Below are positions 1 to 13,537 of a DNA stretch of 64,000 bases, piece by piece; position 1 is the first letter of the stretch; each line of letters starts with the position of its first letter. Source of the stretch: Eledone cirrhosa (taxonomy: Eukaryota); assembly GCA_964016885.1 (NCBI GenBank), contig OZ024754.1:14880001-14944000 (forward strand), read 5' to 3'. The position numbers were made by a program, and so were the translations under genes. The notes beneath the pieces are model-generated. The model saw only the letters and a list, made by a program, of their open reading frames with translations, made no database searches and was not told where the DNA came from.

Positions 1-219
1 TTTGCAGGGTATTTTAAAGGAAGTAGTATATAGTTTGAGTATTTAGTTGGTATTTCTATATTTCTACCAGTTTCATCCAACAAACAATGCGAGGACACCT
101 ACAGTTAAATGTATACTCACTTATCAGTTTATGTCTGATCTCATTCGCCTGTAGTAACAGAAAAGCTGTCTAATCTAGAAATGTCTGTGTGTCTATGTGT
201 ATGTATAAACTGTGAACAT

Positions 220-435
220 TTAACCTTTTAGCATTTAAACCGGCCATATCCGGCCAGAATTCTCTCACCTCTTTCTGTTCAAACTGTCCATAACTAGCTG
301 CTCATACTAATGTTAAGGTATTGTTCTCAAAATAAATAATATCGAAATCTCATAGATTCGATATTATGTGAGGTAAAGCCTTTTCTGTGAAAATACAACA
401 GTAAGTACAGAGTAATGTGAATGCTAAAGGGTTAA
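220..435. mobile_element. piggyBac-like MITE
   Basis: TTAA-CCTTTTAGCATT ... AATGCTAAAGGG-TTAA terminal inverted repeats with TTAA ends; a second copy lies in opposite orientation at 19557-19780. Confidence 0.75.
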
Positions 436-957
436 AGAACTCAATGAAATATTTAACCATTTCATAAGTAAGTTGATGTTTCAAACATTGTATGTATGAT
501 ATGTATGGACCCTTTAACTACAGATGGAGTCATAGGCTCGCCTTGTCTTGGACCTTTTTAACTTCGTAGAACTAACCTCTATTCCCCGGTCTGAACACAA
601 GCGAATCCTTCCGGAGACAGAGAGGAAGATTGAGAGAGAGAGAGAAAGGAAGTGAGAAAGAAGAAGAATCGTTGCCAGTACTAGACTGGTAGATTTTTTA
701 TCGACCTTGAATCGATGAAAGACAAAGTAGACCTCGGTGGAATTTGAACTAAGAAAACAGAGAGCTGAAACGAATACAACAAAGTATTCTATCTGACGTT
801 CTAACGACTCTGCCAATTCACCGCCTTTTAATATAAATATGAACGTTTTAAAATGAGCAGTTATGTATGATATGATGAGCCGCGGTTTGAAACGAGTGTC
901 AAAATGGTTAATATGATTCATGAATTCTAATTATCATCTCAACATGTCTTCCTGTGT

Positions 958-2262
958 CTTTCGTTTTTACCGTTGCCATGGGGACCAATACACTTCTCGT
1001 TTTTGCCATTGCCATGGTGACCAATACACTTCTCGTTTTTACTATTGCCATAGGGACCAGTAGACTTCTCGTTTTTACCATTGCCATGGGGACCAATACA
1101 CTTCTCGTTTTTGCCATTGCCATGGTGACCAATACACTTCTCGTTTTTACCATTGCCATGGGGACCAATACACTTCTCGTTTTTGCCATTGCCATGGTGA
1201 CCAATACACTTCTCGTTTTTACCATTGCCATGGGGACCAATACACTTCTCGTTTTTGCCATTGCCATGGGGACCAGTACACTTCTCGTTTTTGCCATTGC
1301 CATGGAGGCCAATACACTTCTCGTTTTTACTATTGCCATAGGGACCAGTACACTTCGCGTTTTTACCATTGCCATGGGGACCAGTACACTTCTCGTTTTT
1401 GCCATTGCCATGGTGACCAATACACTTCTCGTTTTTACCATTGCCATGGGGACCAGTACACTTCTCGTTTTTGCCATTGCCATGGTGACCAGTACACTTC
1501 TCGTTTTTACCATTGCCATGGTGACCAATACACTTCTCATTTTTACCATTGCCATGGAGGCCAATACACTTCTCGTTTTTACTATTGCCATAGGGACCAG
1601 TACACTTCTCGTTTTTACCATTGCCATGGGGACCAATACACTTCTCGTTTTTGCCATTGCCATGGGGACCAGTACACTTCTCGTTTTTACCATTGCCATG
1701 GGGACCAATACACTTCTCGTTTTTGCCATTGCCATGGTGACCAATACACTTCTCGTTTTTACCATTGCCATGGGGACCAATACACTTCTCGTTTTTGCCA
1801 TTGCCATGGTGACCAATACACTTCTCGTTTTTACCATTGCCATGGGGACCAATACACTTCTCGTTTTTGCCATTGCCATGGGGACCAGTACACTTCTCGT
1901 TTTTGCCATTGCCATGGAGGCCAATACACTTCTCGTTTTTACTATTGCCATAGGGACCAGTACACTTCGCGTTTTTACCATTGCCATGGGGACCAGTACA
2001 CTTCTCGTTTTTGCCATTGCCATGGTGACCAATACACTTCTCGTTTTTACCATTGCCATGGGGACCAGTACACTTCTCGTTTTTGCCATTGCCATGGTGA
2101 CCAGTACACTTCTCGTTTTTACCATTGCCATGGTGACCAATACACTTCTCATTTTTACCATTGCCATGGAGGCCAATACACTTCTCGTTTTTACTATTGC
2201 CATAGGGACCAGTACACTTCTCGTTTTTACCATTGCCATGGGAACCAATACACTTCTCGTTT
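958..2262. repeat. 36-bp minisatellite (~36 units) with a 612-bp higher-order duplication
   Basis: Unit CCATTGCCATGGkGACCArTACACTTCTCGTTTTTr; rare variants CTTCGCG and CTTCTCAT each recur 612 bp apart. Confidence 0.95.
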
Positions 2263-2321
2263 CCTACGATTTTTTTACCTCCATGTTTCTCCATTCCTCA
2301 AACTATTTTTTCCTTCTAAAT

Positions 2322-2507
2322 AATTGTTTCTACTTTAGGCACAAGGCCAGCAATTACCCAGTGCATTACTGGTACTTTATTTATCGACCCCGTAAGGATG
2401 AAAGGCAAAGTCAACCTCGGCGGGATTTGAACTCAGATCGTAAAGGGACGTAACTATGCTGGAAAGCATGGCGTCCGACCCTCTACCGATACTGCCAATC
2501 CACCGCC
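2322..2507 (-). mobile_element. tRNA-derived SINE, family 1
   Basis: A-box-like TGGCAGTATCGG and B-box GAGTTCAAATCC; core CTTTGCCTTTCATCCTTACGGGGTCGATAAA; target-site duplication (TSD) TTTTTCCTTCTAAAT. Confidence 0.9.
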
Positions 2508-2917
2508 CTTTTTCCTTCTAAATTATATTGTTTTTATAGTTTTTGCCCCTCTAACTTACATCCATTCCCTCATTCACCAAACACTTACTTCTATCTACAG
2601 GTTTTTTTACACGTTTTTTACTCTCTTCTCTACAACTATTAATCTATACTAGAGATCAGTAAAAGCTTCTAAACGGCAAAGATTTTTAAAAAGTTTAAAT
2701 ACTTGTTTTTAAAATTGCTTGAAGTTTCATATTACCATCCGTTCTCTTTCTATAGAGATTGGATATTTTATGAAGGCGATCGACACTTTGAATAGCCCTT
2801 GGACAAAACACACACACATACACACACACATACACATACACACAAACACACACTCCCTCACACACGTTCCCACGCAGGCACTCACCCATACATACATATA
2901 CATATGTATATATCTAT

Positions 2918-3381
2918 CTAGGGCGGGTAAAATTCTCGAGATCCATGGACGAGTTCTCTCCAGCAGTCTCTGTCCCTCATTATCGCTGCCATGTCCTGCG
3001 TCTCCAACAGACCAGTGTCTGTCCTTAGGGCATCAACATACGTTAACCTTGGTTTTCCCCTTCCAGTGTGTCCATGCAGGGGCTCCCACAGGAGCACTGA
3101 GTACAATGTCAACTTTGGATGGATGTCGGTGAGAATGGCCAGCTAACCTCTGTCTCCCTCTTCCAGTGTGTCCATGCAGGGACTCCCACAGGAGCACTGA
3201 GTGCAGTGTCAACTCTGGATGTCGGTGAGCATGTCCAGCTAACCTCAGTCTCCTCTGTGCTGATTTTTGGGAGGCTCCCATACAGCTCTGAGTTTTTCAT
3301 CCTCAGTGTATACTGATTAATGTTCAGAGCCATCCTCAGCATTCTCGTGTAGCACCCATCCATCATCTGAGACTTGGACAC
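2918..3381 (-). mobile_element. RTE-clade LINE 3' fragment with an internal ~100-bp duplication
   Basis: DGCYTRMLRMALNI..LYG..RRLRLAGH..LWEP.HG..GRG.PRLTYVD..MRDRDCWR is the typical RTE ORF C-terminus; frameshifted. Confidence 0.85.
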
Positions 3382-3420
3382 TTATATATCTGCCTCTCTG
3401 TTTTGTTCCCGTTCCATTTT

Positions 3421-3477
<57 letters not shown>

Positions 3478-4139
3478 GTGTGTGTATGTATACTTACTCT
3501 ATATGTGTGCCTATGTGTATAGTTATAATCATATAACATGCATGTAGACAAACGAATAAACACACAGGCAACACAGATATATATACCCTGATATACACCC
3601 ACACACCACACAGTGAGCACCTGACTCGGCGCCATAGGATTTATGGATATTACCAGCTATCTTACCGGCAGATTATATTGCGCTCCTATTCCTTATATAT
3701 AAATAATAATAAAAAAAAAAGAAGCTGGGTATTACAAAAGGTGGTGGTGGTGGTGGTGGTGGAGGTGGAGGTGGAGGTGGTGGTGGTGCTGGTGCTGGTG
3801 GAGGAGATATAAAGGGTTATATCATAAGTTATTCCTTTTGATCCATCTCCACTTCAAGTCACTTCCTTCAGTCGGTTTGATTGCGATCAGCTGCATTGAC
3901 TAAGAAAGGCGATTAATATATTATCGTATCTTTAAAAAAAAAATAGAAACGAAAAAAATATATAAACTAAAAAAATCCACAGCAAATAAATAAATAAATA
4001 TATATATAAACATTTAAAAGACAAAAAAAAATAAGAAAAAATCTCGAAAAAAAAATATGGCAGATTTTATATGAAAACGAATCTTCGAGAAATATTTCAT
4101 TAAATACAGCAGTTTGTAACATGATCCCAGAAACTAGGA

Positions 4140-4212
<73 letters not shown>

Positions 4213-4268
4213 CATATATATAGTAAAAATAAATGTGAAGGTTAAAATCCGAACAGGGCTCGATAAGG

Positions 4269-4314
<46 letters not shown>

Positions 4315-4321
<7 letters not shown>

Positions 4322-4523
4322 AAAAAGAGATGAAATCGAAAATGCAACTGAAGTCTTATTTTTTTTTTAAATATATATATTTATTTGGTTCCTTTACCAT
4401 CTCAACTCACCTTTTGAAAAGCAGAAGAACTGCGAAACCGGTAAAGGAACCAAATAAATATATATATTTAAAAAAAAAATAAGACTTCAGTTGCATTTTC
4501 GATTTCATCTCTTTTTCTTTATA
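4315..4523. mobile_element. PLE pLTR-derived fold-back with a degenerate HHR in the loop
   Basis: 84-bp inverted arms at 4315-4398 and 4440-4523; CCTT-TTGAAAA-GCAG/CTGC-GAAAC-CG-GTA-AAGG at 4410-4447; (TA)n flanks. Confidence 0.7.
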
Positions 4524-4578
4524 CTTTTACTCGTGTAGGACACCTCGGTTATTTTTCATTTTGTAAAAAAACCCTCAC

Positions 4579-4631
<53 letters not shown>

Positions 4632-4721
4632 CCGTAGAACAAATATTTATTATAAGCACAGATTATAGTTTAAACAAAGAAGCGCTGCTTTTACCCTTTT
4701 ACGGGATCTTCCGAAATTATA

Positions 4722-4811
<90 letters not shown>

Positions 4812-5446
4812 TACATATACATGTGTGTGTGTGTAAATGTGAAAAGACGGTTCTATATTTCCATACTTTTGTTTATTAAATATATAAATTAGGATAAGTG
4901 AAATAAAAAAAAAAATTGAGCACTGGCCGACTTTCTATCTATTACACCATTCAAACTGACTGTCTACCACGTGACATTTCTACCTTTGGAAGAAATTTAC
5001 TTCTAGCGGTCATTTGAAATTATCTCCTATAAGTGAAAACTTTCCCTGAATTTTGTACTTTCCTGATTTTCGTTATTCTACGAAAAAATTGTTTTTTACA
5101 AATGAAACTATTGATAGGGATTTATTGAAACTAAGTGTATATGTTTTTATTTCACTTTCTTATCCTAATTTTGAAGCTAATCTCGAGAATAATCGACCCC
5201 CACCCGTCGCTTATTAGTTTTCAGTTTCCACCATCCCCGCTGCTTATCAAATTTTGCTAATCTATCTCCGGCGAAATTTTATTTTAAGTGGTAATTTAAT
5301 TCCTGAGATTATTAATTTTTTGTAGACATTAAGAAAAATTATGCATGTAAAAAAAAGAACATTACTAGAAATCCCATACGTTATAAAATAAATAGGATGA
5401 GTCGGAGTCTCAATATATAAACTAAACGACTAGTTTTGGTTTTTAT

Positions 5447-5950
5447 CCAATTCGCCATTTTACCTCTAAACCAATACAGTAACCAATCCGCCATTTTACT
5501 TCTAAACCAATACATTAACCAATCCGCCATTTTACCTCTAACCCCATTTTACCTCTAAACCAATACAGTAACCAATCTGCCATTTTACCTCTAAACCAAT
5601 ACAGTAACCAATCCACCATTTTACCTCTAAACCAATACAGTAACCAATCCGCCATTTTACTTCTAAACCAATACATTAACCAATCCGCCATTTTACCTCT
5701 AAACCAATACAGTAACCAATCCGCCATTTTACCTCTAAACCAATACAGTAACCAATCCACCATTTTACCTCTAAACCAATACATTAACCAATCCGCCATT
5801 TTACCTCTAAACCAATACATTAACCAATCCGCCATTTTACCTCTAAACCAATACAGTAACCAATCCACCATTTTACCTCTAAACCAATACAGTAACCAAT
5901 CCGCCATTTTACTTCTAAACCAATACATTAACCAATCCGCCATTTTACCT
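5447..5950. repeat. 36-bp minisatellite
   Basis: Unit AACCAATCCGCCATTTTACCTCTAAACCAATACAGT, about 14 copies. Confidence 0.95.
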
Positions 5951-6074
5951 CTTCACTGCTCGAACATAATTTTGAAACAGTATTTTGAATTGATAGTTTG
6001 ACGAACGCGTAAAGAAAAATATAGTAAAGGCGATACGTGCACGCACGTACACTACAGGCTCATGCTGACACACA

Positions 6075-6107
<33 letters not shown>

Positions 6108-6719
6108 GATAGATAGATAGAGAGAGTGAGAGTGAGTGAGAGAGAAAGAGAGAGAAGGAAAGGAAAGAGAGAAGGAGAGAGAGAAGGGAAAGAGAGAGAG
6201 GGGGAGGGAGAGATAGATAGACAGATAGACAGATAGATACATACATACATACATACATAGATAGAGAGATAGATAGATACATTCATACATAGATAGATAC
6301 TCGTGGAATCATAGCAGGGAAGTAAAAGAGGAAGACACTAAAGGATTTTACTGGAACAAATTTGATTAGAGTATGGATCAGAGAGCACGGCATCTATAGA
6401 TAATGTTTGCATAGAAGTAAGACATCTGGACAAGTTAAAGAAAGATGTTGTTTGTTTACCTGGCTTTCTGGTTTAGAAGCGAGGAGGATGAAAGTAAAGT
6501 GTTTAAAAAAAATATATCGGGAATCTATGGTGTAGCGTGATGTGGTGTGGGGGTGGGTGTCGGGGGTGTGATATATATAAGGCACAGTACAGTTTGATAA
6601 GGTGTACTGTTGTGATAGCGGAATGGAAGTAATATGGTGTAGTGTATTGTGATGTGATATGTATGCATATATATATATATATGCATTTGTAAATGTATAT
6701 ATACGTACATATATAAATG

Positions 6720-6787
<68 letters not shown>

Positions 6788-6961
6788 CCTGTGTGTGTGT
6801 GTGTTTATCTGTATCTGTGTATGTATGTGTATACATGTGTGTTTTATCTGCGTCTATGTGAGTATATATATATATATATTTCAGTATACATGTCTATGAG
6901 TCTATTTGGGGGAACGTTTTGGCAATGAAATTAATGTAATATATATATTTGTTTCATTCTA

Positions 6962-6997
6962 TCTTCTGATGAAGGACTAGCGTCCGAAACGTTAAGA
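6962..6997 (+). ncRNA. minimal type I hammerhead ribozyme (PLE-type)
   Basis: TCTT-CTGATGA-A-GGAC(TAGC)GTCC-GAAAC-GTT-AAGA; palindromic stem III. Confidence 0.8.
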
Positions 6998-7114
6998 CGC
7001 TGTTCCTACTATATCAAACGTAAAACTGATGATATATCATCAACTGTTCAGTTGGGCTTTTCCCGATTTCGGTGCCTTTATATATACTTATATATATATA
7101 AAGGATTAAAAAGG

Positions 7115-7194
<80 letters not shown>

Positions 7195-7249
7195 CCAAAC
7201 AAAGGGCTGGGAGGACCCCTCAGCCAAGTCAAGGGTATGTCAGCCACCC

Positions 7250-7555
7250 TAGTGCTGGTGACCTACACGATAAACCCACCCAGTACATGTTGTAAAGTAG
7301 TTGATGATAGGAAGAGCATCCAGCCGTAGACAGTTGCCAAACAAAATGTTGGGAGGACCGTAAGTTGTGTCAAAGACTCAACAACCTCACCTGTATACTC
7401 GGTAGAAGGTGAAACCGGTACATAAGTGAGGTACAGGTCCTTGGATTGTCCGCGAGATCGGCAGCCCCGCTTCTGTACTGATTTGGCTTACGTAAACCCG
7501 TCCAATTCTTTCTAGCAAGGAAAGCGGGCGTTAAAACGACGACGACGACGGCGAT
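7250..7555 (+). mobile_element. SINE family 3 body and tail (cephalopod-type, RTE-like tail)
   Basis: TAGGAAGAGCATCCAGCCGTAGA core; ends GGCGTTAAAACGACGACG; related copy at 22174-22345 (-). Confidence 0.6.
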
Positions 7556-7959
7556 GATGATGATGATGATGACGGTGGTGATGATGATGGTGATGATGGT
7601 GGTGGTGATGATGATGATGATGATGACGATGAGGACGATGATGATGGTGATGGTGATAGTGATGATGGTGATGGTGAGGATGAGTTTTAAACCTTTTTTG
7701 TCATCTGGGGACCTTTGCACTATAATTACCTAATGAAAATATGGGTTTATTAAAAAAAACGAGAAAGATATATTAGAAGTAAGAAAGGTTCGACTGGCAA
7801 AGAAGAGGGCTGGAATGATGTTCAGTAAATAGGAAGTTGATAAGGTCCGGTGATTCCGTATGCCATGTAAACATTTAGCTAACTCTCTAATGATTTGTTG
7901 TATTTATGCTACAATGATCAAAGGGAGAGGAAGTTTTCACATCATATGTGTGGCTGCTC

Positions 7960-8031
<72 letters not shown>

Positions 8032-8369
8032 TGTGTGTGTGTAGTTATGCCTATGTACTGTGTGTATGTAGTTATGTGTATGTTTGAATATGCACACATA
8101 TGTATAGAAACATACACACCTACGTTCAAACACATATGTGTACACACACTCGGGCACACAGACCCCCCCCCCACACATATATATATAGATATAGATATAT
8201 ATAGAGAGTGTGTGTGTGTGTGTATGTGTGAGGTAAGATACAGAGGTTTATATAACCTCTAAGATTATCGATACGATAAGGTGACCAGGTTTCTGGTCGT
8301 TCTGCTTAATGTAACTCTGATGTTTCCTGCAGTCTCCACTGCACAGTTCACTTCCTTCTTGTTAAATCA

Positions 8370-8805
8370 TCTCACCCGTGACACAACTTCAAAGTCGTAT
8401 TGTTGACATTCGTTATCAACTGTGCTACATGTCAGCTGCTGGCTGCCCATCGATTTCTCATCTGTGACACCACTTCAAAGTCATAGTGTTGACATCCATA
8501 ATCAGCAACGCTACATGTGTGTTCCCGGCTGTCCATTGATTCCATGATGACATTGTTGACATAATCAGCAACGCTACATGTGTGTTCCCGGCTGTCCATT
8601 GATTCCATGATGCCATTGTTGACATAATCAGCAACGCTACATGTGTGTTCCTGGTTGTCCATCGATTCCATGGTGACATTGTTGACATAATCAGCAACGC
8701 TACATGTGTGTTCCCGGCCGTCCATTGATTCCATGGTGACATTGTTGACATCCATAATCAGCAACGCTACATGTGTGTTCCTGGCTGTCCATTGATTCCA
8801 TGATA
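8370..8805. repeat. ~63-bp minisatellite
   Basis: Unit CATGTGTGTTCCCGGCTGTCCATTGATTCCATGATGACATTGTTGACATAATCAGCAACGCTA. Confidence 0.9.
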
Positions 8806-9406
8806 ACTTTGCTTACCTCCATCAATTACCTGATGACGTTACAGGAGTCATATAAGTCGAATACGTGAAAAGCTGATCTGGGGTCAAGTTGGACATGGAT
8901 TAAAAGCCACCCTGTTTACCGTTGGATGACCTCATTTGGTAATGGTGCTGGTCAACCCTTTCGATCATCCCGTTGCCTGGTGAATTCAACTTCGGACTGT
9001 TGCCCGCCATCATAGCCAACTCCTATGCCAACACCTTCCCATATGCAGAAATACGTTCCCTGTATTTCTTTTAATACTTATTGAACACTCTTGAAACATG
9101 CCAACTGGATATTTAGCACTTCACGTACAGTTCTCTCCCCTTAGATGGTTCGTACAAATAAGCACATACGCGAGATAGTCGGGTATGATTTGAGGGATAT
9201 TTAGCTGCTCTTTCTAACAGATCTAGCTACCATGTTGACACAAGTGTCGATAAATACCTGCGTGCCTTTTAATATACATTAAACTATTATAGTATCATCA
9301 AGCATCACAGACTGCCGAAGGCTACTTGTATTAAGAAGTGTATTTTCAACACATAAACGTAACAATGCCACTTATAATATAGAATTGCCTTCTAGAATTC
9401 AGTATA

Positions 9407-9572
9407 TACAGGTAAATTCCGTTATAACGAATTGTTCAGTATAACGAAATTGTTTTTAATCCCGGAAAATAAACGCTCGATTTGTTTCGGTCGATCTCGT
9501 TATAAAAAATTTTTCGTTACAATGAATTTTTATTTTATTCCGTGAATGTCGTTAAAACGGAATTTCACTGTA
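9407..9572. mobile_element. Tc1/mariner (pogo/Tigger-like) MITE
   Basis: TA-CAGGTAAATTCCGTTATAACGA ... TCGTTAAAACGGAATTTCACTG-TA inverted ends with TA TSD. Confidence 0.7.
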
Positions 9573-9799
9573 TATTGAAAATAGAGACAGGATTCCTGAT
9601 AAATGCCATTGCTACGTCCTCACTAACCGGTGCTATACACGCATGCTCGCACACTGATCCCCGTATATATACGCATGCGCCGAGTGCTATTTAGTTAGTT
9701 GGCACTGGTTTATCTCTCTGGTGATGGAGGGTATATTTTGATAGAAGACCAGAAACTGCTTATCTATGAAGACTGGTTGGTCAGGTATACTTCTACAGC

Positions 9800-9844
<45 letters not shown>

Positions 9845-9982
9845 CGTACGCATATGTGTGTGTGTGTATATACATACACACATATATATATATAAAGAGA
9901 GAGAGATAAGAGATACGTACGTACATATGTATGTATGTATGTGGTAGTAGTAGTAATAGTAGTAGTATTAGTAGTAGTAGTG

Positions 9983-10017
<35 letters not shown>

Positions 10018-10371
10018 GGTGGTGGTGGTGGTGGTAGTAGTGGTAGTGGTAGTAGTAGTAGTAGTGATAGTGGTAGTAGTTGCTGTTGTGGTGGTGGTGC
10101 TGGTGATGGTGATAGTAACAATGAGGATGATGATGATGATGATGGTGGTGGTTCATTGTCATCCTCACCAACAGCAACTGCAGCAACAACAGCAGCAGTA
10201 GTAGTAGCAGCAGCAGCAGCAGCATCACCGCCATCATTTCTGGTAGTATCACAACATTTAAATGAGTTTTCAGCGAATTAATTTCCTTTTTTTTTTGCCG
10301 CAAAATTTAGCGAAATAAACAAATAAAATAAATAAACAAATAAAATTTATAAATAAAAAATAAATAAATAT

Positions 10372-10588
10372 AGGTTTCTCATTTAGACACAATGCCAACA
10401 ATTTTTGGGGGAAGGGACAGTCGTTTAGATTGACCCCAGTGCATTACTGGTACTTTATTTTATCGACCTCGTAAGGATGAAAGGCAAAGTTAAACTCAGC
10501 AGGATTTGAACTCAGAACACAAAGGGCCGTAGCTCTCTGCCGCAAGGCAGGGTGCCCGAAGCTCTACCGATTACTGCCAATCCACCGC
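10372..10588 (-). mobile_element. SINE family 1
   Basis: Same head and core as 2322-2507. Confidence 0.85.
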
Positions 10589-10635
10589 AAGAAGAAGAAA
10601 AAAAAATGTTTGCAGAGTTGTGTTCTTGTGTTTTC

Positions 10636-11903
10636 AAGATGGCGGCCAACCATAGCTAGAGCAGAGAGCCGTAGCATTCTATGGCGGCCCAACCATAGCT
10701 GGAGCAGAGAGTCGTAGCATTCTATGGCGGCCAACCATAGCTAGAGCAGAGAGTCGTAGCATTCTATGGCGGCCAACCATAGCTGGAGCAGACGTGGCAT
10801 TCTATGGCGGCCAACCATAGCTGGAGAAGAGAGTCGTAGCATTCTATGGCGGCCAACCATAGCTGGAGCAGACGTGGCATTCTATGGCGGCAACCATAGC
10901 TGGAGCAGAGAGCCGTAGCATTCTATGGCGGCCAACCATAGCTGGAGCAGAGAGCCGTAGCATTCTATGGCGGCCAACCATAGCTGGAGCAGAGAGCCGT
11001 AGCATTCTATGGCGGCCAACCATAGCTGGAGCAGAGAGCCGTAGCATTCTATGGCGGCCAACCATAGCTGGAGCAGAGAGCCCGTAGCATTCTATGGCGG
11101 CCAACCATAGCTTGGAGGCAGAGAGTCGTAGCATTCTATGGCGGCCAACCATAGCTGGAGCAGAGAGCCGTAGCATTCTATGGCGGCCAACCATAGCTGG
11201 AGCAGAGAGTCGTAGCATTCTATGGCGGCCAACCATAGCTGGAGCAGAGAGTCGTAGCATTCTAGGGCGGCCAACCATAGCTGGAGCAGAGAGGCCGTAG
11301 CATTCTATGGCGGCCAACCACAGCTGGAGCAGAGAGCCGTAGCATTCTATGGCGGCCAACCATAGCTGGAGCAGAGAGTCGTAGCATTCTATGGCGGCCA
11401 ACCATAGCTGGCGCAGAGAGCCGTAGCATTCTATGGCGGCCAACCATAGCTGGAGCAGAGAGTCGTTAGTCATTTCATAGTAGATATGGCGGCCAACCAT
11501 AGCTAGAGCAGAGAGTCGTAGCATTCTATGGCGGCCAACCATAGCCGGAGCGGAGAGTCGTAGCATTCTATGGCGGCCAACCATAGCTGGAGCAGACGTG
11601 GCATTCTATGGCGGCCAACCATAGCTGGAGCAGAGAGTCGTAGCATTCTATGGCGGCCAACCATAGCTGGAGCAGAGAGAGTCGTAGCATTCTATGGCGG
11701 CCAACTATAGCTGGAGCAGAGAGTCGTAGCATTCTATGGCGGCCAACCATAGCTGGAGCAGAGAGCCGTAGCATTCTATGGCGGCCAACCATAGCTGGAG
11801 CAGAGAGCCGTAGCATTCTAGGGCGGCCAACCATAGCTGGAGCAGAGAGTCGTAGCATTCTATGGCGGCCAACCACAGCTGGAGCAGACGTGGCATTCTA
11901 TGC
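10636..11903. repeat. 42-bp minisatellite
   Basis: Unit ATGGCGGCCAACCATAGCTGGAGCAGAGAGTCGTAGCATTCT, about 30 copies. Confidence 0.95.
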
Positions 11904-12317
11904 TGGCTGCATTTCTGCAAGAATTTCTACAAACTTTCAACAGCTATGTACTTGACATAGCATCGTAATCTCCTGCTAGTTCATGGACAACAAACAAGCA
12001 TATATGGCTGACATAGACACACATACACGCACGCTCTCACATGCATGCATACATACGTACACACAAACATAATATACATACTTAATTACACACATACATA
12101 CATACACACATACATATATACATATATACATACATAATTACATATATACATAGTTACATATATACATAATTACATATATACATAATTTTTTTTTTTGCAT
12201 ATATACGTACGTACGTACATATATAGTTAATTACATTCATATATATATATATATATGTATATACTTAAATATATATGTATATATATGTGTATGTATATGT
12301 AAATATATATATATATA

Positions 12318-12640
12318 AATGTAAGTATGTATGTATGTATACGTACATACATATATATATACAGACGTACAGTATGTATATATATACATACATGCACACA
12401 CATATATATATATGCACGTAGCGGTTTACCGAACATTTATTTATAATGCTCGGTTTGTTTGTTTGTAAACAAACAAACAGCCCGAATTACGCCGTACAGT
12501 GTTTAGGCAACCACGTCACCTTTTTGTTCAACACTGGCACAGGAACGATGTACTAGTTTCAAGCTTATTAGCTATCGTCATTTAAGTAAGTGCCGTCTAA
12601 GAGTGAGAAATGAAAATTCGTTTCATTCTATTCCATTTAT
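12318..12640 (-). mobile_element. PLE pLTR family A copy with an inverted terminal piece and truncated HHR
   Basis: Matches 33678-34350; the inversion junction at ~12580 falls inside the CTGACGA core. Confidence 0.7.
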
Positions 12641-12685
12641 ATATATATATGTCAATATATATATATGTATATATGTAAACACACA

Positions 12686-12772
<87 letters not shown>

Positions 12773-13022
12773 CACACACACACATATATTATAGGGAATA
12801 CATAACTAAAATAAAACAAAAAATTAGTCTTGTTCATACACTCAGATTTTAAACGTGTTTTTGCTTTTGTTGTTTAAATTTGGCTGTGGATATAAAGGTA
12901 CATATGTTTGCATATATATATATATATATATAGGAACCAGTAAGACCCCACTCTCTACTACCCTAAGTATTGAGTACTTTGGTGCGTTATGGTCCACCTG
13001 GTTCCTTACCACATTTCCTTCG

Positions 13023-13072
<50 letters not shown>

Positions 13073-13140
13073 ATTTATATTTATACATATATATATATAT
13101 AATTGACATATACACACACACATAAGAGCAAATATTTATG

Positions 13141-13227
13141 ATAAGAACAGATTAAACGGGATCCTTCTGAAGATCCCGCTAAGGGTGAAAGCAGCTATTC
13201 TTTGCTTAAACTTTAATCTGTTCTTAT
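13141..13227. mobile_element. small fold-back with an HHR core
   Basis: CTGAAGA-T-CCC(GCTAA)GGG-T-GAAAGCAGCTA at 13167-13197; the 5' strand of stem I is replaced by the inversion; related degenerate copy at ~4670-4715 (-). Confidence 0.55.
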
Positions 13228-13243
13228 AATAATATTGTATATA

Positions 13244-13277
<34 letters not shown>

Positions 13278-13537
13278 AAAGTGAAGAATAAGATGGTCGA
13301 CAGTACAAACAAGGATATTTATTTACAGTCTTACAATTGTTTCCATGATAGAGTTGTCTATAAATTGCTAAATACTGGAGACAGTATAATTCAATTTATA
13401 AAATCGTCACCCACGTAAACCTCTTGTTGAGTCACACAGCACCGTACGCTTAAACTGTCCATGATAAGTAGTTTTCACGGACTCTTATCGGATTACCTTT
13501 AACGATTTATTGTTATCCTACACACATATATATATAT

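Noticed and set aside
13335-13412. Long-stem-II hammerhead on the minus strand
   Set aside because: The GAAAC-AATT-GTA half is present, but the core reads GTGACGA and stem I is missing
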